Assembly: GCA_013203315.1 (NCBI GenBank)
Contig: JABMQJ010000020.1
Coordinates: 32,001-96,000 of the forward strand
Direction of reading: 5' to 3'
Length of the DNA: 64,000 nt
Source: Candidatus Omnitrophota bacterium
GTDB taxonomy: Bacteria; Omnitrophota; Gorgyraeia; JABMRN01; RBG-13-46-9
A program made the position numbers and the translations under genes. The notes beneath the pieces are model-generated. The model had not been told where the DNA came from. It made no database searches and saw nothing but the letters and a program-made list of their open reading frames with translations. Each line of letters opens with the position of its first letter. Positions within the stretch are counted from its first letter, which is position 1. Of the stretch, positions 1 through 9,165 are shown in pieces.

Positions 1-2
1 CC

Positions 3-983
3 TTCCAGGGATTCTTCGATATTTTTGTCCCTCTTAATAGATAACTGCCTTAGGTTTTTCATCGTTTTGTTATTCCATTCACTTAGAATTGAATTTTCAA
101 TAATATTGCCAAAAGAAAACGGACTTACCAATCCGCTCGTGCAACACGCTTTCAATTCACCTGTCCATGCCACATTTAAAACATACCAGAGCCAATAACA
201 TGGTTTCCCTTTTGGCAATTTATCCCTCAACATTGTTCTCATGCTTTGCAAATTATCTTCTCGCGATTCTTTAACTAATAGCCGGTCAACGCCTAATTTT
301 TCAGAAAGTTTTTTGATTTGTTCCAGCTCGTGAATACTTTCTTCAAAAATGATAAACTGGCTTTCTATGAAAGGTGTCTTACTTTTAAGTGATTTCTTAA
401 GCTTTACTATTTCCTTGATGCTAGAGAGTACCGTTTCAAATCGAGCTCCTACCCTTACCTTTTCATAGGTCTCTTTGGTGGCCCCGTCAAGAGAAATGAT
501 CAAATAATCTAAGCCTGCGTCAATAACCTTTTTAAAATCGTCCGGTTTAAAGGTTGTGAAATTTGTACTTATCGCACTAATGATATTATTTTTGGTCGCG
601 TATTCTATCATGGAAAAGATATCGGAGTTAAGGAAGGATTCGCCTAAACCGTCGAGCCGAACTAAAATAAGGTAGTCTTTCAATTGATCTATTACCTTTT
701 TGTAATTAGCAAATGAAAGGTACCCTTTAGGTATAGGGTTTTTACCGGAACCTGTATAGCAAATCGGACATCTTAAATTACAGAGGTTGGTCGGTTCGAA
801 GTGTAGGACAAAAGGCGTCGATTTTAACGTAACTTTTTTTATGCGTCGTTCTAATTCCGCGTGTAACGTATTAAAAACCTTTTTTAATCCAATCCTTTTC
901 GGAGAATTTACGATAGGAGCTAGATAACGCGTGAATGTTTGGCCGAGTGCGAAAGCAGTATTGGTTAATGATAAATATTGCAT
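3..983 (-). CDS. Radical SAM/SPASM-domain protein (3' end runs off the window)
   Basis: Not in the ORF track because it is truncated. Hand translation from ATG at 983 (preceded by AAGGA) gives MQYLSLTN...HFEPTNLCNLRCPICY (CxxxCxxC)...ISLDGATKETYEKVR...CYWLW...ACC...FGNI...EWN, a SPASM/twitch-like tail. Confidence 0.88.
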   Translation of the reverse strand, partial: MQYLSLTNTAFALGQTFTRYLAPIVNSPKRIGLKKVFNTLHAELERRIKKVTLKSTPFVLHFEPTNLCNLRCPICYTGSGKNPIPKGYLSFANYKKVIDQLKDYLILVRLDGLGESFLNSDIFSMIEYATKNNIISAISTNFTTFKPDDFKKVIDAGLDYLIISLDGATKETYEKVRVGARFETVLSSIKEIVKLKKSLKSKTPFIESQFIIFEESIHELEQIKKLSEKLGVDRLLVKESREDNLQSMRTMLRDKLPKGKPCYWLWYVLNVAWTGELKACCTSGLVSPFSFGNIIENSILSEWNNKTMKNLRQLSIKRDKNIEESLE

Positions 984-1005
984 CTTTTTCCTTTTTAATT
1001 TTCGT

Positions 1006-2421
1006 TTAGTCCAATGGTATATTTCGCCACAAATCGCATTTTTCTAATATCAATTCACGAATATTCTTATTTTTGAGTCGGCACGTTAATCTTATAGAAT
1101 AATATTTCAGCCTTTCAATTATAATACGCAGTAAAGAACGTCTGAATATATTCGATCTCACTGTACTCCAAAATGCTGCTTTGCGAAATAACCTGTAGGC
1201 TTCAATTCGCTCTTTTTTCGAGAACTCCTTCGTTTCAAAAGCGGGTTCGATCTTGTCTTCCTGTAAGGTGGGGGGAAAATACATCGCGTCTTTATTAAGG
1301 TTGATTCCCTGTTCTTCCGCCCATTTCCATAGTTCTGTTTTTGGATAAGGCACTACTGAATTCACATAAATAGCGTTCAATTTCAATGATTTCATGAACT
1401 CTATGCTTCTTTTTACCGAATCTGTCGTGTCATTAATATTCCCTACCATAAAGCAACCTGTAACATAAAAGCCTTTCTTTTTCGCCAGCCTTGCTGCATA
1501 AGCAATCTTTTCAAGCGACTCGCCCTTTTGCATGCTCCTCAGCACTTTTTCGTCCCCGCTTTCAATGCCAAAACCTATAGCCCTACAACCAGCGGATAGC
1601 ATCGCAGAAAGTATTTCGTCCGTTACTAAATCGGCTCTCACCCCCTGGGTGGCCGTCCATTTAATCTGAAGGTTCCTTTTTCGAATCTCGTCGCATAGTT
1701 TTAGTATTCTGTTCCTATCAACTAAAAGATTGTCTCCATCGATATAAAATTTTTTAAACCCGAATTTCTTCATATCCCATTGTATCTCAGCGATTATGCT
1801 TTCCCAGGATCTTGGCCGCCAAAGACGACCCTGGATATCTTTAACGCAGCAAAAATTGCACCGATAGGGACATCCCCTTGAATCAGCGATTGGTAAAAAA
1901 TTGTATTTTTTAACCTCCAATAAATCCCACGCCGGAAACGGCAATTCATCTAAATTATGGTTAAATTCTCTAGGTTGATTTTTCCTTACTTCACCGCCTT
2001 CCCGATAGATGAGGCCTTTTACGGACTCTAAACCTGTTTTTCTTTTGAGGGCGTTGCAAAGTTCCTGGACGGTTTTTTCGCCTTCCCCGAAAATTTCAAA
2101 ATCTATCTCGCGATAGATTTTTAAAACCTCTTCTTGCATAATGCAGGCGTGCGGTCCTCCGATCAGTATTTTCGCCGGTGTTATCCTCTTTATTTTTCTA
2201 ATAAAATCTATAACCATAGGCTCTGAAAAGGACATCATCGGCAGCCCTACTATATCAGGATTAAACTGTTTTATTTTATCAATACACGCATGGTCGATAT
2301 TAGTATCCACAATGGATACGCACTCCCCGGCTGACCGAAGGCTTGAAGCCAAATATGTCAGATTTATCGGCGGATAGCGAATAGGATCAAAATATATCGG
2401 ATTCAATAATAAAATATTCAT
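1006..2421 (-). CDS. B12-binding domain radical SAM protein (class B methyltransferase-like)
   Basis: N-terminal cobalamin-binding segment (PPINLTYLAS...IGGPHA...GEGE), SRGCPYRCNFC motif, GIESG. Confidence 0.9.
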   Translation of the reverse strand: MNILLLNPIYFDPIRYPPINLTYLASSLRSAGECVSIVDTNIDHACIDKIKQFNPDIVGLPMMSFSEPMVIDFIRKIKRITPAKILIGGPHACIMQEEVLKIYREIDFEIFGEGEKTVQELCNALKRKTGLESVKGLIYREGGEVRKNQPREFNHNLDELPFPAWDLLEVKKYNFLPIADSRGCPYRCNFCCVKDIQGRLWRPRSWESIIAEIQWDMKKFGFKKFYIDGDNLLVDRNRILKLCDEIRKRNLQIKWTATQGVRADLVTDEILSAMLSAGCRAIGFGIESGDEKVLRSMQKGESLEKIAYAARLAKKKGFYVTGCFMVGNINDTTDSVKRSIEFMKSLKLNAIYVNSVVPYPKTELWKWAEEQGINLNKDAMYFPPTLQEDKIEPAFETKEFSKKERIEAYRLFRKAAFWSTVRSNIFRRSLLRIIIERLKYYSIRLTCRLKNKNIRELILEKCDLWRNIPLD

Positions 2422-2439
2422 TGTAGGGAAACGGTTGTG

Positions 2440-3552
2440 TTATGCATTATATTGGTACAGATTGCAGCATCGCGAACAAACCGGTAATAAGTTTACTTCT
2501 TTAATTTTTTTTCTGAATTCCCTTGCTTTTTTGCCATTCCAAATTGCAAGAAATGAATCCTTCTTTACATTGCCTAGCACATAATCCGGGAAATCGCCAC
2601 AAAAGACTATATCTCCATTATATCGGATATCTGCCCTGGCCCATAAAGAAAAACATTTTTTCTGAGACATCTTTGATGTATTGTTATAAAAATTTGCGAT
2701 TTCTGCCGGCGAAAGTTCAGGAAGAAAGGTAATATGCAATCCTTCGTTTCTTTTGGTTTGTATATTTTTAATAATGCCTGAAAGCCTTTTAAGATTCATG
2801 TTAATTTCTTCTTTCCTGAAACCCCTCCAGGAGGCCGCCTCTATACCAAAAAGCTTACTGCAAACTTCTTCATATCGCCTGCCCATGTGAAGAGGTATAT
2901 TCCACCCATATATAAAATGGATGCCATCAATTCTAAGTGTTTTTGATAGCTCGACCATCTTCTCAAGTGTGTTATAAGAATCCTCTGTTATAACCGTATT
3001 TATTATTATTTTAGGATAGCGAGTTTTCTTTTGATCCCGCGCTTTCACAAGAGCCCTGATGCTTTCAATTGTTTTATCATAAGCGCCTGCATTCCTTATT
3101 TTATCATTTACCTCCCTTGGTCCATCTAAAGAAATTTCTATTTCATCGAGCCTTGTTCTAACAACTTCGCATGCATAAGGTGATAGGAGGGTCCCATTTG
3201 TAATTACGAGGCAACGTAAATCCTTGGATTTAATGTAGGAAATGAGTTGCATGATTTTTGGATACAAAAATGGTTCTCCTCCCCAGATAATAATCCTTTT
3301 CGGGCATGTTTCGTCTATAATCTTTTTCCATTGTTCGAAGCGTAGTTCTTCCGATTTCAGACCGGATACCGCTTCGGTTTTGAAATGGCCTTGCTCTCCC
3401 CACTGGGCGCACATCTTACATCTCAGGTTACACCGCATTGTTGGTAAAAGCGCTAATTGGGTTGGCGGAAAAGAATAACCATCCTTCAAAAAATAATACC
3501 CTAAAAACATCTTACGGAAATAAAGCAGTTTTCGAAGTCTCTTATACATCAT
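2440..3552 (-). CDS. Radical SAM/SPASM-domain protein
   Basis: TMRCNLRCKMC, WGGEPFL, TNGTLL, ISLDG; C-terminal C...C...GNV...IWNG...CSRC. Confidence 0.9.
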   Translation of the reverse strand: MMYKRLRKLLYFRKMFLGYYFLKDGYSFPPTQLALLPTMRCNLRCKMCAQWGEQGHFKTEAVSGLKSEELRFEQWKKIIDETCPKRIIIWGGEPFLYPKIMQLISYIKSKDLRCLVITNGTLLSPYACEVVRTRLDEIEISLDGPREVNDKIRNAGAYDKTIESIRALVKARDQKKTRYPKIIINTVITEDSYNTLEKMVELSKTLRIDGIHFIYGWNIPLHMGRRYEEVCSKLFGIEAASWRGFRKEEINMNLKRLSGIIKNIQTKRNEGLHITFLPELSPAEIANFYNNTSKMSQKKCFSLWARADIRYNGDIVFCGDFPDYVLGNVKKDSFLAIWNGKKAREFRKKIKEVNLLPVCSRCCNLYQYNA

Positions 3553-5005
3553 CCACCACTCTCAAGTTTAAATTTGAAAGTTTAGAAAAAATAATTTTTT
3601 TCAGTATAGAAAAATCTTCTTTGGATATTAACGAAAATAAAAAAGATAACGCAATGAATGGAATTACAAAAATAAGTTTGGCCCATACCTGCTGTGGTTT
3701 AAAGATAAGAAATAAACCAAACGAGATAATAAATGGAAATAATGGTTTTATAAGAATTGTTTTTTTAATACCTATTTTATATTTCTCTAATAATCCAGCC
3801 GCCATAATCAGGTGTAAGGCATGTAAAACGAGAAGTGCATATACAGCCCCGATAAGTCCCATGCGGGGAACCAATATAAGGCTTACGCCTATGCCAACTA
3901 TGACTTGTATTATATGCAATAACATGGCCACAAAAGAAAAGCCTCCTCCGAGTAACACAAGCCAGAGACTATAACCCAGCAAATAAAAATATGACACAAT
4001 CATTAGGTAGAAAAATATTTGTGAAACATGCCCATATTGTGATGAAAAAAGAACGGTTATAATTTCCTTATGAAACATGCCTGCCAAAAAAGCGAAAAAG
4101 GCCACGATTAAACCCAATACCCTTAATGCATGATACACAAGATTCTTGATTTCGACCGATTTACCCTTTGAAAATAACTCGGCGATTTGTGGGAAAAATA
4201 CAGAACGAAACGCTCCGAATACGCGCTGTAAATGCTCGGGAATTCTGCTTGCGACTTCAAAAAGCGCCAAAGAAGCAGGCCCAAGAAAGCCCGCAATTAT
4301 CAGGGCGTATATTCTTCCGCTGAAAAACCCTAAAATACTTTCTATTCCTATAGGCCAACCGAATTTTATTATTTTCTTAAAATGAGAAGTTTTAAGTTGC
4401 CCCCGAGAAATACCGCGAGGGAATAGAAGTATGCAACCAATTAAAAGAGAAAACGCAAAAGCATACAATGCGCCAATGATGTCCATTTTAAAAATTATAA
4501 GGAAGACTATCACCAGTAACATTCTTGATAACGCGATTGAAATATCGGCAAACGCTATTTGTTTATATCGATAAAACCCCTGAAGCACATGATTGAATAG
4601 AAATTCAAAACTTTGAGCTAAGTAACATATTATAATAAATGGAAAAAAACGCAGGAGCAATTCAGATTTAAAAATAGTGTAAATAAGAGGCCTAACCGCA
4701 TATAATATAGGAATCGTTATAACGGTAATGCCTATTTTTATAACTAAGAGTGATTTGGTCCAATTCTTTTTTTCATCGCCTTCTGCTGAAACAATAAATT
4801 TGCTGGCTGAAAAATTAAGTCCGAGATCACTCATGACAACAAAAAATCCGACAATAACCTGTATCAAAAGATAAATCCCAAATCGTTCTATGGGAATATT
4901 GCGCGCGATAATCATAAAGGTCGCTAGTCCCAGGAGCAATCTTATTCCGGTTGAAGTAAGCATTAATGACATATTTCCTAAAAATCTATCCCTTATATTT
5001 TTCAT
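3542..5005 (-). CDS. wzx: Wzx-type polysaccharide flippase (MOP/PST family)
   Basis: 487 aa with about 12-14 hydrophobic segments, SDLGL motif, located in a polysaccharide cluster. Confidence 0.85.
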   Translation of the reverse strand: MKNIRDRFLGNMSLMLTSTGIRLLLGLATFMIIARNIPIERFGIYLLIQVIVGFFVVMSDLGLNFSASKFIVSAEGDEKKNWTKSLLVIKIGITVITIPILYAVRPLIYTIFKSELLLRFFPFIIICYLAQSFEFLFNHVLQGFYRYKQIAFADISIALSRMLLVIVFLIIFKMDIIGALYAFAFSLLIGCILLFPRGISRGQLKTSHFKKIIKFGWPIGIESILGFFSGRIYALIIAGFLGPASLALFEVASRIPEHLQRVFGAFRSVFFPQIAELFSKGKSVEIKNLVYHALRVLGLIVAFFAFLAGMFHKEIITVLFSSQYGHVSQIFFYLMIVSYFYLLGYSLWLVLLGGGFSFVAMLLHIIQVIVGIGVSLILVPRMGLIGAVYALLVLHALHLIMAAGLLEKYKIGIKKTILIKPLFPFIISFGLFLIFKPQQVWAKLIFVIPFIALSFLFSLISKEDFSILKKIIFSKLSNLNLRVVDDV

Positions 5006-5017
5006 ATTTTCCTAAGA

Positions 5018-5746
5018 TTAAGTTTTTCCAAAAAAACGGTTATAATGAATTTTGTAAATAAACCGGGCTATGGTATCGTCTTTTTCTACTTCTATTCGCT
5101 TAAGTAAAAAGAGATCCGTTGTCTTGTCATTTTTACCCGGCATGCTCGTGCAAGCACATGTATAACCTGCTTCTTTCACCAGGTATTTTAAATGTTCGTT
5201 AAACTTCGAGCATGGATAGCAGAAAAAATGCTCTCTTTGGTTCAGCGCAGATTCCAGTGTCTGCTTGGATCTTTCAAGCTCATCCATTATGTCCGGGTCA
5301 GAAAGAGACGGTAATTCAACATGATTAACGGTGTGAGAATGAAAAGAAAATCCATGCACGGAAAGAAATCGAATTTCATCCCAAGACATAATGTTTATAT
5401 CGTCTTTCGCCCCTTCGTCCCAATCATTAACACTGCCTATTTTGCCTGTAGGTATAAATATCGTGGCCTTAAAACCATAGGACTTTAATATGTCTTTCGC
5501 GGAATTTAAAAAGCTTCTGTAGCCATCATCAAAAGTCAAAATGACGGACTTGCTTGGAATATTTTTTTTCGCTTTTAAAATTTCCGCAAGTTCGCCCAGC
5601 TGGAATACAGAATATTTGTTTTTATACAGATATTCCATTTGCCTCGCGAAATCCTGAGGACTTACATAAAAACGTTTTAGCTTGTTTTTCATGGAAGTCT
5701 TAGCTATATGATGATAGCATAAAATTAGACAACCTCGTCTTAACAC
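5018..5746 (-). CDS. Polysaccharide deacetylase (CE4, NodB/IcaB-like)
   Basis: ILCYHHI, ILTFDDGY, HSHTVNH and FCYP motifs. Confidence 0.9.
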   Translation of the reverse strand: MLRRGCLILCYHHIAKTSMKNKLKRFYVSPQDFARQMEYLYKNKYSVFQLGELAEILKAKKNIPSKSVILTFDDGYRSFLNSAKDILKSYGFKATIFIPTGKIGSVNDWDEGAKDDINIMSWDEIRFLSVHGFSFHSHTVNHVELPSLSDPDIMDELERSKQTLESALNQREHFFCYPCSKFNEHLKYLVKEAGYTCACTSMPGKNDKTTDLFLLKRIEVEKDDTIARFIYKIHYNRFFGKT

Positions 5747-6804
5747 GGATATTCCTTTTGCATGAAAAAATAAGGTTCGGTTATTTTTTCGCCTTTTATG
5801 GGTTTGAATTCATCTCCGCCATACAGAGCGGCATATCTTCGCCACGGGCCGTCGCATATGAAATAGTAGCGGCATTTCTTGCATTCCGGAAACATTGTGC
5901 TGTACCTTCCGCATATCGCTTTAATTTGCATCCTGTGTAAAAATTCAGACACCGGAAATAGCTTCAGACTATGGATAGATACTCGCCGCATTCCTCTCAG
6001 AATGATGAAACCTATCGTGCTAAACAGGCCATTTTGAATAACCGCTCGCTTTAGATAATCCCATTCCTCCGGATCGTACTGAATCTGATGCATATTATGA
6101 ATATATCGCTCGTAACCCTCCATAAGGCAGAAAGGTATATACATCACATTTACCTTGATTCTATCTTTCAAAATATCGACCGCTTCCTTCACGTAGGGAG
6201 CCGCCTTTTTCAGCATGGGCGCAAGGTCTTTATTGTATATTTCGTGACAGACGCAGGGGTTTAAATTAATAAGACTCACTACTTCCGGGCCAATTCCTCT
6301 TATGAGGCGGGCGATATCTGGCAGGCGCTGATAGTTAAATTGCGTAATGACAGAATTTATCCTAATCCTTACTCCCAAAATCCCTGCGTTTTCGATAGCC
6401 TTTAAACATTTTTCAAAACTTCCCTTCGCACCCACGATATAATCGTGAGATTCGGCATTGTCTCCATGAATAGAAAACAGAATATCACTTACACCAGCTT
6501 CTTTTAATGCCTTAAAGAACTTGATATCCGCAAGGAGTATACCGTTTGTAATAAGGCATACTTTTTTAAAACCGAGCGAAAGCGCGTAGGCAACGATTGA
6601 AATGAGATCTTTATTCATTGTAGGTTCACCGCCTGTAAAGTCGATTCCTTCTATCCCGAGTCTTCTGGAAGCGCGCAATTGTTTTTTAATTAAATTTAAA
6701 TTAAAAAAATTCGATTTTAGAAATGGGCGGTAATAGCAAAATTTACACGCTGCGTTACACCTGTAGCCCAAATTAATGTCAACCTTTTTATTCAGTTGCA
6801 TCAT
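5740..6804 (-). CDS. Radical SAM protein with C-terminal Cys cluster
   Basis: YRCNAACKFCY, FTGGEPT, ITNG; IPFC and CKKCRYYFICDG tail. Confidence 0.88.
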   Translation of the reverse strand: MMQLNKKVDINLGYRCNAACKFCYYRPFLKSNFFNLNLIKKQLRASRRLGIEGIDFTGGEPTMNKDLISIVAYALSLGFKKVCLITNGILLADIKFFKALKEAGVSDILFSIHGDNAESHDYIVGAKGSFEKCLKAIENAGILGVRIRINSVITQFNYQRLPDIARLIRGIGPEVVSLINLNPCVCHEIYNKDLAPMLKKAAPYVKEAVDILKDRIKVNVMYIPFCLMEGYERYIHNMHQIQYDPEEWDYLKRAVIQNGLFSTIGFIILRGMRRVSIHSLKLFPVSEFLHRMQIKAICGRYSTMFPECKKCRYYFICDGPWRRYAALYGGDEFKPIKGEKITEPYFFMQKEYPC

Positions 6805-7688
6805 TTTATAAACCTTTCGTAAATCATTCCGGCATTAACAAATAATTTCATTATGAAGGAAAAGCATATTATAATCAGCGGATTTTCTTTTTTCCTGAAC
6901 CTAAATACATCCCTAACGGGGCCCGCGAACGTAGAAAATATTATGTAAGGGACTGATCGCTGAGCTTTAAATACATAAGCCCTGGGCATGCCGGAAAAAC
7001 GAAGTGTGCCGGCATACATACCCCGTCCGTACTCGAATAACCTCTTCAGTAATCCTAAGGTTGTATTTCTGCCATAATGTTTTACTGAAATCTCGGGATA
7101 ATATATATTCTTGTAACCTGCCATTAATATCTTAAGGCCGATACTTACATCTTCAAATGATCTATAATGTGTATCTTCAAAAAGACCGATATTTTCTAGA
7201 ATTTTTTTGCGATAGCATGCGTTGGTTGTGCGGAAATAATAACAAAAAGGAGAGTTTAATTTATCATAATACTCATCAGCTAAAAACCTGACCCGTTCGA
7301 TATTGCGTATCATTTTGCAGTTACCTACTTCAAAAGTATTACCCCCCACACTGCCTATATTTTCATCCTGGTTAAAGGCTCTAATAAAAACCTCTACCCA
7401 ATGGGTGCACACTTCACAGTCATCATCTGTGAATGCGACGAGATCGTGTGAACTTGCCTTTACTCCGGCATTTCGGTTATCCGCCAGACTCACATTGGCT
7501 GTCTTTACCACCTTGATCACTGATTTCCGCTTAATATACCTTTTTACAAGCGCATCGACATCCTCTTCTCCGCTATTCACAATAATAACCTCATCGGGCA
7601 ATCGGGTCTGATTCAGGAATAATGAATCCAAGCACTTTCTCAAGAGCTTATTCCTGTTATAAGTCAAAATAACAACTGAGATTTTCAT
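6801..7688 (-). CDS. Glycosyltransferase family 2
   Basis: MKISVVILTYNR...NRNAG...AFTDDDC...FEDVS. Start moved to ATG 7688, which forms an ATGA overlap with the upstream stop. Confidence 0.9.
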   Translation of the reverse strand: MKISVVILTYNRNKLLRKCLDSLFLNQTRLPDEVIIVNSGEEDVDALVKRYIKRKSVIKVVKTANVSLADNRNAGVKASSHDLVAFTDDDCEVCTHWVEVFIRAFNQDENIGSVGGNTFEVGNCKMIRNIERVRFLADEYYDKLNSPFCYYFRTTNACYRKKILENIGLFEDTHYRSFEDVSIGLKILMAGYKNIYYPEISVKHYGRNTTLGLLKRLFEYGRGMYAGTLRFSGMPRAYVFKAQRSVPYIIFSTFAGPVRDVFRFRKKENPLIIICFSFIMKLFVNAGMIYERFIK

Positions 7689-9130
7689 GTGAGCCACCCC
7701 GAAAACCTGCTTGTCCGACCGAGGTTTACGATTAAACCGCAACAGAACCAAAGCATGAGTAGGCGTCCTAAGGAAATGGACTCAACCAAACCATGAACAG
7801 AGAAGGCGAATAGCCCGCTCACAAGCCCCATTGTTACAACGGACGCGATCCCCTCGGATTTCTTTATTAAGGACGACCATCCTTTCTTTAAAACGGAAAA
7901 AATAAATAATAGAAAAGCCCCAAGCGCGAAAATTCCCATTTCAGCGGCGATAAGCAGATAAAGATTGTGCACCTGGTAAAAGAAAAAAGACGTTATTCCA
8001 CTTACCGAAACATCGTACAGATACATAACAAGTATATAATTACCGGCTCCGATACCTAAAAGCGGGTGTGAGAACACGATATTCAAAGCGATTTGCATCA
8101 GAGGCACGCGCATCGCCAGCGAACCGTAATCATAACTCGTAAAACGGGATAAAATCATATCGGCCATGAAAAATAGAGTTATCAAGGAAAGCGTGATTAT
8201 AAAAAATGATCTTATGAGCATTTTCATACTAAACCGCGCCTTTAATAGATTCAGGAAGAGGAGAGCCCCCATTCCCGTAAAGAAACTGATCAATCCTCCT
8301 CTTGAGAATGTGAGATTGCAAACAAAAAAGCAAAAGACAAAAATTGTGAAAATTACGATTTTATATAAAATTTTCATTCGAAAAAGTAAAAGCGCCGCTA
8401 AAAGTGGCAGGACAAAATCCATATACATAAACCATAGCATGTTCGGCGAAGGAAGGGTACCGGTAATTCTAAACACTGATTGGATTCTCAATCTCTGGAC
8501 ATCGATCTTCAGCGGTTCCCCTAACCACTCCAACCCCAAGGGGCTCCCGGTATGCCACTGTATAAAAGCAATAATACTCTGAATTAAGGCCCCTGCTATT
8601 AAAATAAAGAGAATTGTCTTTAAGGTTTGTTTTTTTATCGGATAGTGCGCGATATAAAAAAATATAAGAAATCCTCTAAGAAGAATTAACGATTGGTAAA
8701 TACATTGTTTCTTATCTACGGCGTTAAGGCATGAGACGAAAGAAAGCAATACCAGAAAAAACAGAAAAAGCGACGCGCTTTTGCTAACGGTAACCTTCTC
8801 GGTAACACGCCTTCCAAGTATTTCTGCGACCCATAAAATATATAAACTTAAAATAACAAAATCAATTATACGTATCCCTATCCATAAACTCGGTTCGTCG
8901 GGATAAATATAAAATTTGCCCAGATGAAACGGGATGATGAATACCAATAAATAAAGAAGCCCTTCTCGAATGCCTACTGTAAGGAGCGAGACGAAAATAA
9001 ATATTAATCCTGCGACTAAAATTAACCAGTAAAGCGGCTGTATGGGAAGTAAAAGTATAACGGAAGAAAAGATAACGAGAATAAAGGTAATAATAATGAA
9101 AGGAAAATTTTTGAATTCATGCGTTATCAT
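7685..9130 (-). CDS. O-antigen ligase / Wzy polymerase-like membrane protein
   Basis: Polytopic; RITGTLPSPN, LTFSRGG, HPLLGIGAGNY, VHNLYLLIAAEMG are Wzy_C-type motifs. Confidence 0.85.
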   Translation of the reverse strand: MITHEFKNFPFIIITFILVIFSSVILLLPIQPLYWLILVAGLIFIFVSLLTVGIREGLLYLLVFIIPFHLGKFYIYPDEPSLWIGIRIIDFVILSLYILWVAEILGRRVTEKVTVSKSASLFLFFLVLLSFVSCLNAVDKKQCIYQSLILLRGFLIFFYIAHYPIKKQTLKTILFILIAGALIQSIIAFIQWHTGSPLGLEWLGEPLKIDVQRLRIQSVFRITGTLPSPNMLWFMYMDFVLPLLAALLLFRMKILYKIVIFTIFVFCFFVCNLTFSRGGLISFFTGMGALLFLNLLKARFSMKMLIRSFFIITLSLITLFFMADMILSRFTSYDYGSLAMRVPLMQIALNIVFSHPLLGIGAGNYILVMYLYDVSVSGITSFFFYQVHNLYLLIAAEMGIFALGAFLLFIFSVLKKGWSSLIKKSEGIASVVTMGLVSGLFAFSVHGLVESISLGRLLMLWFCCGLIVNLGRTSRFSGWLT

Positions 9131-9165
9131 ATATCAGCAAGTAGCATTTTTTAAACGTCTTCATC

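Noticed and set aside
5740-6804. RiPP maturase system (tail resembles HxsC-type radical SAMs)
   Set aside because: No precursor peptide ORF is visible and the genes overlap polysaccharide genes.
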